36,399 nucleotides of DNA. Source: Phoronis australis. Taxonomy: Eukaryota; Animalia; Phoronida. The notes under the pieces are model-generated. The model did no database searches. It was given only the letters and a program-made list of their open reading frames with translations, and was not told the DNA's origin. The stretch lies in NCBI GenBank assembly GCA_002633005.1, contig NMRA01000320.1, forward strand, positions 253,817-290,215, given 5' to 3'. The translations under genes and the position numbers were made by a program. Shown piece by piece: positions 1 to 12,700 of the stretch. Positions within the stretch are counted from its first letter, which is position 1. Each line of letters begins with the position of its first letter.

Positions 1-151
1 AACACTGGTCATGTTGTCTCCAGCATGCTCAACACTGGTCATGTTGTCTCCAGCATGCTCAACACTGGTTTTGTTGTCTCCAGCATGCTCAACACTGGTT
101 ATGTTGTCTCCAGCATGCTCAACACTGGTTATGTTGTCTCCAGCATGCTCA
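1..151. repeat. 30-bp minisatellite, 5 copies (intronic, runs off the window edge)
   Basis: aacactggt(c/t)atgttgtctccagcatgctc repeated. Confidence 0.97.
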
Positions 152-651
152 AATCTAGTGGTTGCACTTTTTTCTTGGTATTGTCTGGGATTTGCCTGTT
201 TTGGAAGTGAAACAGCCTCTACCCCCTCAGTTAAACTATAATGATGTTTATTGTCTTATTTATTTAATACCTATTGAGTGACAACTTTTATTAATTTTGA
301 GTGGATGTCCGAAGGCACTCTCATTTGTCTTATACAGAAAAATGTGTTATGAAAATGTCTGCTTGTCATTGACTGGCTTTTGTTATACATGTCACGCGAT
401 CACTCTCCTCTGTCTCATTGGTAGGTAATGCTATTTCGATTCTTGTAATGGCTATTGATGAATTGTTAGTATAGCAGAGGTTTATGAAAGAGCGCCATCC
501 TTAAAAAGGGAACATGGCTCTTTCAGTTACTTGCGGTGTAGTCAGCTTGTGAGTTGAAGCAGAACATTGTGATTAAAATGTTGGCATCATTGTCTTTGCT
601 TGGTTATGTTGGATTATATTTGTAACTAGATAGCGTCGTTTGCACCGACAG

Positions 652-766
652 GTAACAGTCAGCCTGGGAACTAGTGGAGATGTTGTCATCAATTTTGTCA
701 AGATGACCGAGAAAGCGAAGTCGGGTTGGCAGAAACGAATCAGAGCTGCTGTACAGGACAAGAAAG
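652..766 (+). CDS. PARP2: PARP2-like exon: probable C-terminal half of a first WWE domain
   Basis: cgacag|GTA acceptor and AAG|gtgact phase-1 donor. Encodes [38 protein letters not shown], resembling the WWE C-terminal pattern (I-[DN]-F-x-x-M...G-x-x-[KR]-x-[IV]-R). Joins in frame to exon 2409. Not in the ORF track; an acceptor giving a start at 634 is an alternative. Confidence 0.7.
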
Positions 767-3700
767 GTGACTAAACCTTGTGTAGGTCATTGTCGTAGTT
801 CCCAATCTAAATGAAAAACCTGGAAAATGACGGAAAGTGTCCTATAAAAAAATTTCAGGTGGAAGTTGTGAAGTTTTGTGTCAAAATCTGAAATTTCGGT
901 CAAGATGACCGAGAAAGCGAAGTCTGGTTGGCAGAAACGAATCAGAACTGCTGTACAAGACAAGAAAGGTAACTAAACCTTGTGAAGGTCATTGTCGCAG
1001 TTCCCAATCTTCATGAAAAACCTGGAAAACGACGGAAAGTGTCCTTATAAAAAATTTCAGGTGGAAATTGTGAAGTTTTGGGTCAAAATCTGAAATTTTG
1101 GTCACGATGACCGAGAGAGCGAAGTCTGGTTGGCAGAAACGAATCAGAACTGTTGTACAGGACAAGAAAGGTAACTAAACCTTGTGAATGTCATAGTCGC
1201 AGTTCCCAATCTTCATGAAAAACCTGGAAAATGACGGAAAGTGTCCTATAGGTGGAAATTGTGAAGTTTTGGGTCAAAATCTGAAATTTCGGGCTTGAAA
1301 AAACAGTTGATACAGCTAGTGACACAGTTCAAGTTTTTGTCGAATTCTAAATTGAAAATTTGCATATATTTGCTAAAATTTTATAAGTTATGCTCAGAAA
1401 TTATCTTTTAAATGCTATTATTAATGCAAAAGCGATCATTATTTATTCCATGGTTTCGTATGTGAATGACATGATGATGGGTCATACAACACTGTATTTT
1501 CTGGGAACTAGGTTGACTGGGCCACCCTGTAATGTGTAAATATTTTTGGTTACAAACACGTGATTACGCTAAACCTTCCAGTGAACAGCTAACCATAGTA
1601 TAATTATCCTTCATAATCACTTCAGTCACGATTTTTTGCTAAAGTTTGCAAATTTCAACCCAAGATGGACCTCAAGTTTTGTCCTGTTCATTTGATCGAA
1701 TTGCTGCCCATCCTTGAATTTTTACTTGACCTGTATACAACATGGAATGATTACACTTAAAAACAAAATATGATTCAGTATAAATGACAGTGTAATCTTT
1801 GCTGAGAAGTTTGGTATGATTCGTTAAAACAAAATCCCACTTTAGAGTTTAAAGTCTCCTTCATATCACCATAATGCTAAATGGAGGCTGGATGGTCAAA
1901 ATTGTGGACCTAGCTGTCATTGCGTTAAACCCTGTCATGCATTGGCAAACTATTAATGAGTAAAATCTCATGGAAAATTATATAAGATCAGTTAAAAATT
2001 TCCCTTATAAGTTATCTCACAGGTGTATGCATTGAGTGAGTGGTACTACAGACTCCTGCGTTTAATGAGTGATGTGTTCAGTGAGTGATGTCATAGGTTT
2101 CTGTGTTCATTGACTGATATCACAGGTTCACGTGCTCAATGGGTAAAAATTAATATATGTATACTTTTTGTAGATAGAATAATTGGTGTATAAATGAAAC
2201 TTATGTCCTGGAAGACTTGTGGAATTAGAACATGGAAATACAATACAAGTTGGGGTTGTTGTGATTCCATATAATTTGAATGCGTGTGTGCATGAGTGCT
2301 TATTTATGTGCAAACGGTGTTTTTTTTTGTATCAAACATGCTTATATTTTCACCGAGATAGCCTAGATATTAGTTTAGTGAGAAAACACGAAGAAAATGT
2401 TATTTTAGACTTTGTCACGTGGCAGTGGCAAGACGACAAGAGCCGTTGGTCTGCGTATGATGTTACAAACTCTGTTGTATTGGAAAAGACCAGAGCTGAT
2501 GGAGGTGATAAGGTGAATGTGATATGTGCCAAAAAGAGCTGCACAGTGGATGTTGTTGCCTGCGAACAAATTGGTGATGAGAATGGGGTCAAGAGAAAGG
2601 TTAATCGAAAAATATCAGGTAAGCGATGATGGGGCTTTCTTGAAAAAACTCAGCTGCATTTTGGTTCCATCATACAATATTTACCTGGTGAAGGATTTGA
2701 ATGTCCCCAGTAGAAGAGACTATAAATTTTGACTATTGGATGTAAGCGGAGGGCAATTTCAACCAAACACATTTTGTACATTATTTGTTATCAACATTAC
2801 AGAATTGTTTATATACAAAATTCACAATTTTTGATTCTATTTTGGGCTTGTAGTTGTTTTCTTGTCCAGGTATGTTAATCGTAATGTGGACTAGTTGCCT
2901 ATTTTTGTGAATTCGTCTCCCCCTTGCCCCTCAAAAAATGACGGGTAATTGTAAAATGTCTGCTTGAAGCTGCATTTCACCTGTGTATTGGTGTCAGTGT
3001 TGGAATTGTTAACCAAAATGCTTTGGGGTTTTAAAAAATGTTAACGTCATTACCTAATGAACTGGCAACTCAAGTCACAGGCAATGCATACCTGCGCTAT
3101 TTTCAAATCAGCAATTTTATTGTTGGCCAACCCCATTAAAGTCTGTGGCAATTTCTTGAATCCCTGAGTTATCAATGTTCTTGTTGGTAACAGAAGCAAA
3201 GTCTTGTCAGGGTAAGGAATATCACGAGATTGATTTTATAAAAGTAAAAGGCTTAATTGGTTTTTCTTTGTTTAGCCACCTACACAGGGCAAAATAGAGC
3301 TTTAAGTGACGGCAACTGAGAGCATCTGGTCTACGCAAGCAACAGAAACATTTACTGTGGAAAAAAAGGAAAATAAGAAAAATGTTTACTGAAAATATCA
3401 GTGAACATCTCATGAGGAAAAACTGAATAAAAATTTGCTTAAGTATGTGATAGATTCCATTGAATGTAACACTTTCTAAGCTTGAAACCTTATATCCAAC
3501 TTCAGTTCTAAGCAGAATTTTCCACGCTAACATCCATTACATTATTAGCATATATTTAGATTAGGCGTGGCTTCTAAACTACTGAATATATGCACAGGCT
3601 CGTATCCAACATGTCTGTAATGAAGTTGTAATGCTATGCTGACAAACAGTTCACTATAATCTTACCACTCACCTGGGTGTTTAACATAGTTGAAACAGTT

Positions 3701-6700
3701 CAAAACAAATTTCACCAATTCTAACAATATCCAATCAATGTGGGATCAAAATGTGGCGGACTTTTTAACTCAGTATGAATCCATGTTGCCGTGTTGTTTC
3801 AGATGCTTTAGCCATGCCAAAGATTGAACCGGCAGTTCAGTCAGCATCCTCTACCAAAAAGAAATCAAAATCTCAGGCAAAAGAAGAACCCCAGCCATCG
3901 TCTCCACCCAAATGTAAGTCACAGTTCACACGGTAAATAGGTGAGGGACTGTCCAAAGGAGGCATGTGTATTTCAGTTGGTTGGGTGAAGACTGTTACGG
4001 TCTTTTACACTGACGGAATCTTTTCCTTCATTGTTGAAAAATTAGTGTGAATATCTTCTTGAATTTGAATGAAACAAAAAGAAGCTTTTGATTAATCACT
4101 GAATCTTTCAAAAAAGTCTGAGGTAAAATGACCTTTGACACAGCTTGAAGTAATTTTTCAGAAATTGATCTTACCTCATCACTGCAGTGGTTATTGTTTG
4201 CCATGACAGATATATTGCTATCTGATTGCTCTGTGCGTACCATAGTTCTGTGTTGTTCATGTGAAGCTTCGCACGTGCATCGTTATCTATTCTCTTCTTG
4301 CTTGCCTGGTCAAAACTTTGTTTATTATGCCCTTGGAAGTGTGGAATGGTATGGATCCACCACCATGTATAAGATGAACATCAAAAACAATAACAACAAC
4401 AACAACAACAACAAAATATGCAGAACATTATGAGTCACTACTGAACTTACTTAAGATGAATGGCAATGTTTCGCCTGCCTCTGCTGGATTTTTTTCAAAC
4501 CTGTGCGACCTCTGGTGGATTCGGTTGGAGTTGAGAAAATTGGTGGGAAGCTTTAGTCAGAATCTTGTCTCATGTGTGTGATAGGTTGAATTTCAAGCCG
4601 CCTTTTCAGTCCAAAGATAGATTTTCAATTCTTTTGTGTATACGCTCTGTCTTTGAGCCATAGAGGAGGCTCGGGATTTGACCTGTAGCACATGAGACAG
4701 GATTCTGACTAAAGTATCCCGCCAATTTTCTCAAATCCAACCGAATCCACCAGAGGTCGCACAGGCTTGTTTCCTTTCATCTCAAGTAAGTTCAGTAATG
4801 GCTTGTAATTTTCTGCATATTATACTCGTACTGAATGAGTCATAACATATAACAATTTAGCAAGAATAACAACAATAAGATTAAAAAGCAGCAGCAACAG
4901 CACTTTTGTGTTTATCTTTCTAAAATGGATGACCTTTGGTCCCGTTTGTAAGGTATGTGACAGTGCATATAATATTACAGCTCGAACACTCATTCTGAAG
5001 GGTAAAGCACCTGTCGATCCCGAGTGCTTGGAGAAAGTAGGCAAAGCCCATGTGTACTACGAAGGAAATGACATCTACGACGCCATGTTGAATCAGGTAA
5101 GCTCTCCTGCTACTTGGGTTACCCTTCCATCTAGTGTTGGTTCAATGTTTGTGAGCACCATCTGGCAAACTATCAACTTTTTCATTATGATAATTGTAAG
5201 GCCAAAAAAATATTTTGTTTTAGTCTGTGCCATAACTGCTAGTTACTGAAGTATTTAAATAAATTGTTTCTAGACTGTGATGCACTCGTAATTGTTTGGC
5301 TAAACCTTTTCAGGAATAGCGATATAGGAGTGCATGACCAAATTTCCGTCGCAAGTCTTGAGTCACTTTCATGAAACAGACTGCTGGAATATTCTAGAAG
5401 GCTAGCATACAACCTACTTGCACCTTTTGCGGCACATTTACAACTTGCAATTTCAGACCAATCTACAGAATAATAATAACAAGTACTACCTAATGCAGCT
5501 GCTGGAGGACGATGGTGTGAAAAGATACAGTGTATGGTTCCGCTGGGGCCGAGTCGGCAAGAGTGGTCAAAACAGTCTGTTTCCTTGCGGACCCAACCTG
5601 GATGAGGCCAAGGAGATATTTATGAAAAAGTAGCGACATTCACTATTTGTTATTACTGATTTCTGGTTAATGCAGTGATAAAAAAACGTGTTCGAAGAGT
5701 GATCAACTCACAGAAGTTTGCAGTAACTTCGAAAATCCCTTTTGGAGTTGATGTGATGTAGCAATGTACTCCTACATGTTTCAAAATGGTTACATGGTTG
5801 CTAACCTAAAAGTGACTAGAGTGAGTTTGATTGACTACTTTTCAAAGGAGCTTGAATTTTATGTATATTAATGTTAACATGTATTTCTCGTCTATTGCTG
5901 GCATTAATGCATGACATAACACTCTGTTGACTGATTTCCAGGTTTTCGGACAAGACGAAAAACGATTGGTCAGAGCGACGCAAGTTCAAGAAAGTTGCTG
6001 GCAAGTACGATATGTTGAAAATGGACTACAGTTCTAAGAGTTTCGACGAAACCGACTCTTCCAGCAAACCGCGGAAAGACGTGAAGAAAGTTCCCGAGTC
6101 TAAGCTTGACAAAAGAGTGCAGGTGCGTTATACTTTCTTTGTCCCTGGTGAAAGCTGCATTTGCCTTGAAAATGAGCTTAAATCAACCAAGACATTTTGT
6201 TGGCTAATCTTAAATCATTTAGGAACCAAGACATTTTGGTGGCTAATCTTAAATCATATAGGAACCAAGACATTTTGGTGGCTAATCTTAAATCGTGTTT
6301 TTTGTTTGGGACACCCGATGCATTTGTAAGTCAGTTTAGTTGAAACTTTTGGCATTACGAGATTGAATGCTGTTAAGATCAACGTTGTTCATGTTTTAAA
6401 AAGGAAGGACAATGTTTTTGGCATTATTTTTGTCAGTCTTAACTACATGTAAACAAAGATGCGAGAAACATTACTACTCATTAAAAATACTTCATACGAA
6501 GCTGGTTTAGTTTCAGAATGATATTTTTTATGGGTCAGTTGCTTATAGTTGGTTATAACGAACCCGTATTTTGAGAACCAGTTTGATGCCCGTTACTCAG
6601 TGGAGAAAACTGTTTATCAAAAACTCCGGCAGGTTTTGTTCGACCATTACCGGTCAGTTTGCTCTTAGTGGCTGAAACATGTGGTCACTACTTGTGAGTT

Positions 6701-9700
6701 TGGGATGTGGGTACCAGGGCCCAGCATCTAATATTTTTCCTCGAAATTGATCTCGAAAATATATTTGTCATTCAACTTTCTCCTTTAGTATCAACTCACG
6801 ATGATTTTTTGTCATTCTTTGCTTAAATAGATTATAGATTACAAGCTTGAGTATAAATTCAAGATTTCGAGCAAAAATTCAAAATTTGAGCTCAGGCTCG
6901 AACTTGTAGCTTTAATGATGGGGTCGTCAAGTGCAAAACAGGATTACAGTCATCCACGTAAACCATGATATAGTACAGCACAGAATAATAGCCACTTATC
7001 TCGAGTTCATACCAAAGTAACGGAAAATGTTCTAAATAATTTTCTTGTAATTTTCTAATAATTTTCCCGATCTCTATCCAGTATTACCCCTTATTCAGTT
7101 CTATTATACTACAGTTTTCGTAATCCCGATGTAGTATATTGACTCTTGTTATTCCGTCACTTCTTGCTCAGGATTTCGTACAGCTGATATGTGATGTAAA
7201 AGCTATGGAGGAAGCTGTCCTTGAAATGAAGTATGATGCCAAGAAGGCTCCCCTGGGTAAGTCTGACATAGTTTTTTTACCTGTTGTCAACTTTGTGCTT
7301 TGCGTTCGAAAGGAACACGGAACACTTCACCCAAAGTCAGAAACACATGCCTGACACAGAGATATCAATGCCTGCTTGCACGAAACATTCTCAAATGAGG
7401 ATTCCAGTAAGTTTCATAAATCTTGTACGCATTTGTGTCTTTGTTTACTCACAGTTGTTGTGTTTGTATGTCACTGTAAGTCTTTCAATTAGGGACATTG
7501 CACTAAAAGTTCCTTATTTTTTCTGTGGTATTGAGAACTCAACTTGGAGTTTATTCTTGTTGCGTATGAATGCTGAGAACTAACTTACTGGTAGACAGAA
7601 TACTGCTTAAAAGTTCAATCAGTGTTTGCACATGTCTGCAAATGCATTGAAAAATTAAGGAACATAGTTGAGTATTTGGGACTGCTTCATGGAACCCGCC
7701 ACTGAATACTTAGTGTTACTGATTCACTCTACCTTTCTTTGTCTCTGTGATAAGGTAGATTAGAATGACCTGCACATACATGAACTGATACATGTTGTGA
7801 TTGAACTGGTTCAAGGCGTACGTGAAATGATGCAAGCTGTATGTAATAAGTTAGATAAATTAGATTAGAATGACCAAAACGTTTTACCAATGTTTTGGCA
7901 GCCTAGCTTCCTGCCAGTTGGTATAATTAGGTATGTGAAGTTATGCAAGCCGTACGTGAACTGATGCAGGCTGTATGCGAACTGATGCAAGTCGTATGTG
8001 AACTGATGCAGGCTGTATGCGAACTGATGCAAGCCGTACGTGAACTGATGCAAGGCGTACGTGAACTGATTCAAGGCATATGTGAACTGATGCATGCCGT
8101 GCACGAACTGATGCAAACTGTATGTAATAAGTTAGATAAGTTAGATTAGAATGACCAACATGTTTTACCAATATTCTGGCAGCCTAGCTTCCTGCCAATT
8201 GATATAATTAGGTATGTGAAGCCGTACGTGAACTGATGCAGGCCGCATGCGAATTGGTGCAAAGCGTAAGGGAACTGATGCATGCCATAAGTTATCCAAG
8301 TGCTGTTTGTAAAATGCCTTGAATTGTTTGAGAGATTTCTTTTCAAAGTAAATTTGTCGGTAACAATATGTGTAGCCACGATAATTATTAAATTCTTTCC
8401 AGTCTTTTGCAAGCGTGAAATTATGCGTTATCTCTCATTGCACAATCATGCACTAGATGTACTCTTCAGGTAAACTGACGACAGAACAGATCAAAGCTGG
8501 CTATTCTGCACTGAAGAAGATTGATGGTTACATCTCCAAGAAAAAGTATGGGCGGGAATTGACGGAGGCATGCAATGAATTCTACACACGAATACCGCAC
8601 GATTTTGGGTAAGGGCCTGACTGGAATCTCTAATTGTTTTGTTAATGTCACTGACCAGTCCTCGGTCAGTTCTGGTTTAGGCACAGTGGTGCAAGTGTGT
8701 GGATATATATCAAACGGCAAACAGCTGTAGTTTTTCAGTAATAAATTAAAATTATTGATTGTTTAATTATTGCTATATTAAATAACAACTGTAGTAGTAT
8801 TACAGTAAGTCTTTAAGTTAATTCAAACAAAATTGATTTCCTTATTTGTTATTTCTCTATTTTCAACCGTCTACAGCCGTAAAACATCTCATCAAAAATT
8901 CCTCAAGTGTTTTTTCATGGTCACTGCAAACCCTGCTAACATTGAAGTAGGTGCTTTGTTGAAAAATTTGACAAAATAAAATCCTACTTTGCTGTATTGG
9001 GCCCTAAGTAAATGAATAATCACCGAAACAGTGACAATTGATTAACAGTTGTGTGTGGCAGGGGCAGATCCAGGATTTTTTAAAAGGAGGGGTCGGATCA
9101 AGGATTTTTTAAAAAGAGGTGTCCAAGTCAGCAGTTTGAAAATTCTAGATAAGAAACCACTTAAATCAAGGAAAAAAGGGAGGGTCCGGACACCCTTGAA
9201 CCCTGGATCCGCCTATATGTAACTAGGGTAGTAGTAACTGTACGTTGTTTTTAAGACTTTTTCAAAGAAATATTTGTTGAGGTTACCGTCATCTCTGATT
9301 TCCACTAGAGCCCTCAACCCATTCACACCACATTCACACCACATTCACTTTCTTTCACAAACTCAAGTTAAAGATACTTTTTCCGATTTGTTTCAGTTAC
9401 AAAATTTCACAAAATCAATTTGGCCTCAAACCAACCTCGGTTAAACTTATTCCTAAACGATTTTTTTTCAACACCTAATTTTAAAAACGGTTTCAAGAAT
9501 TGAATTTTCAAAATATTTTTGGTGCTGCACGAACAAAATGGCCACCACAGTTGAATGGCACCTCACCATTGATAAATTGCTGTGAAAAGATGAAATATAT
9601 GCAGGACTGTAAATGACAAAAAAATGTTCCTTTTTAGCCATGTCTCTCAATTGATGACACTTTGTGTTCTTTAGTGATGAAAATAAAGGAAAGAGAGTTA

Positions 9701-12700
9701 GTTTTTAAGGCTGGTCACAAGTAGTCCAGAAACAATGCAACACTCGTAGTCTACCAGTGAACGCTGCCACTCTGCAGTTGAAACAATACAATACTCGTAA
9801 TCTACCAGTGAACACTGCGACTCTGCAGTTGAAACAATGCAACACTCGTAGTCTACCAGTGAACACTGCGACTCTGCATTTGAAACAATGCAACACTCGT
9901 AGTCTACCAGTGAACGCTGCCACTCTGCAGTTGAAACAATGCAACACTCGTAGTCTACCAGTGAACACTGTGACTCTGCAGTTGAAACAATGCAACACTC
10001 GTAGTCTACCAGTGAACACTGGCACTCTGCAGTTGAAACAATGCAACACTCATAGTCTACCAGTGAAAGCTGCCACTCTGCAGTTGAAACAATGCAACAC
10101 TCGTAATCTACTAGTGAACGCTATGACTCCGCAGTTGAAACAACTTAGCTGGACTTTGATCTTCAGCCTCATGCCTTGTTTGTTACTTTTTGTGCACAGC
10201 ATGCAGAGACCTCCTGTGATCAATTCCAAAGAAGTTGTACGAGCCAAGATACAGTTACTGGAGGTAAACGTGCTTGTACCTCTATCAACCACACTGATAT
10301 TATTAGAGACAGTTATCACTGCAGGATGTTTCCAAGAATGTGGACCTGTCATGAAATTGTAATATTTCTGATTAAGTCGTCTTGAAACACTCTAGATATT
10401 CCCCACATGTGAATGAGTGAGAGTCACTTTGCAGAATGTGGTATTTTTTATGAATGCTTTAATTAATGACTGTTGGTCAATGATTGTCTTCGGAGGTGAA
10501 TAGGATAGCAGGGGGAAGAGTTAATTTAGCTTGATACAGTAGTGTGGTATACTTGCACCCAGCTACTGCCAAATGCTAACTAGATTTTCCCCTATTACTG
10601 TGATTTATAGGCCTGGGTTGGTCTCTAGTTGTTCTTTACTCAAATTAGAAGTGAATTCGGAACCTGAGGTGAACTGATAATTCGTTATTGCTTGAGATCG
10701 GACGTTGTTATTTGCCTTCATAGGACTTGTCCTTTAAGTGCTGGAAGCACCGTGGTTGGCCAGACAAGTTAGTTACAGTATTGATTCAATACTGTAACTA
10801 ACTTGTCTGGCCAACCACGGTGTTCAGAACACTAGATGGACTACTGGTTGGTTGCTTTCTGTGACCAGCTAGGTCAAACCGACACATTTCGAGCTAAATA
10901 CTAAATAAACTGTCAGTCCTCGCTAAGTCCAGCTATGACTGGTGCCTAAGGTCAAAATTACTTGTTTTACAAGCCAGGTGTGTAGCAGTTCAAGGGAGGC
11001 CCCATGCTCTATTCTGCAGCATTGAATGTGAGCGTATTCACCATGGTTACGCTCTGTAATGCAAGGCACCCATGAAGTCCCAGCGGCATGTCCTTGTCCA
11101 CATTTTGGTGCTTTCAGGCTCTGGGTGACATCCAGGTGGCCATCAAGATGTTGAAAGAAGGTAATGTGGATGATAACCCAATAGACCGTCATTACAAGGC
11201 TCTGCACTGTTCTCTCAAACCACTCGACAAAACCCATGCTGACTTCAAGGTGAGGGTACTGCTGTTCTTGTCGTCATGAAATGCATTTTTATGAAATTTG
11301 CATTTATCTTGTGATTATTATCAAGAGGGCTCAATGGAACAGGGATAAACCAACATGCATGCGTCACAAACACTCATCGATAATACTACATTTACTATTA
11401 ATAATAATTCTTGTTTGGTGCTTATATGCCCACGAGTCAGTTGCAGTTTCAGTTGACAGTGCAATTTAAAACTCTTCGCCTCTGGGTTGCTTTCAACATT
11501 GCAACTAGTTAGGCTAGTGTGGTGCATAGCAGCATGGTATCTGTTGAGCTTGGAGCAGTTCATTTACATTTGAAGTTAAACATGAAACATGCATGGCAAG
11601 AAATCTTGGCTAGTGGAGTAAGAATATTTTATGTTGTGTTTTCTGGGGCAATTCACCATCACTTTCAGGAGTGTTCATTTTGTATGCGCTAGTGAGTTCA
11701 CGAGGTTACTTGTGAAACCCCTAGGAGATCAATATTGCATCATCTTGTATGGTCATAGTGAAGACACTAATATTACTCCACTCACCCATACTTTTGTATA
11801 TGATTTGAATGGTAAGGCACGCGCCTCCATATACAGTCAGCTCATGCTTAAACTGTTGTAGAAGATTGAGATGCCCAGCTGGCTTGCGTAATGTGTCACT
11901 TTGTGGCGTATCTGTGCTCAGCTGACTTGTCTGTGTTTCAGATGGTAGAGGACTACTTGCAAAACACGCACGCGTCCACTCACAACCAGTACAAGATGGA
12001 AGTTGTGGACGTGTTTGGGTGTGACAGAGAGGGTGAGGCCGCCGCCTTCAACAAACTGGACAACAGGTTAGACACTCAAGTTTTGTGTTTGTGTCTTTTG
12101 TAGTTTGTCCGTAGTCACTGCTCATGTGTTTGTGTCTGTTGTAGTTTGTGCGTACAGTCACTGCTCATGTGTTTGTCGTCAAGTAGGAGGAAGTGTAGCT
12201 CAGTGTCCGCTGCCTTTACTCAAGGTCATGGGATCGAGTCTCGCTATAGGGCACACTGCTGGACCTTTAAGTCTAGTCTCACTAGGACACACTGCTAGAC
12301 CCTTGAGTCTAGTCTCACTAGGGCACGCTGCTAGACCCTTGAGTCTAGTCTCACTAGGACACACTGCTAGACCCTTGAGTCTAGTCTCACTAGGACACGC
12401 TGCTAGACCCTTGTGACAGTTTCAATATCTACCAAGTCCCTTGATAACACGTGCCCAGTTTTAGGTGGATTCAACTTATTGTGTGGCCATTTTTGTTGTC
12501 TCACCTTCCCACTTGATGTATCACTTGACGAATCATTATGAATGCTGGCAGATGTGTTCACACTGAGGAGAGTATGGCCGACAGCAATTTTCTGTCAGAT
12601 TTATTATGGTGTCCCCAAGTTGCCATGTTGATTTTTTACATTGGCCTCGATATCTATAAAATTCTTTGATGGACCTTTTTGAAATTTGGCCCAATGAGGC

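Noticed and set aside
1-241. ORFs 11..241 and 25..210 with 10-aa repeats; superficial CRISPR-like periodicity
   Set aside because: Head-to-tail 30-bp minisatellite with no unique spacers and no cas genes; eukaryotic intron context.
7943-8149. Heptad-repeat ORF (MQAVREL)n that looks like a coiled coil
   Set aside because: By-product of a 21-bp tandem repeat open in several frames on both strands; ends in a stop, and the flanking PARP2 exons already join in frame.
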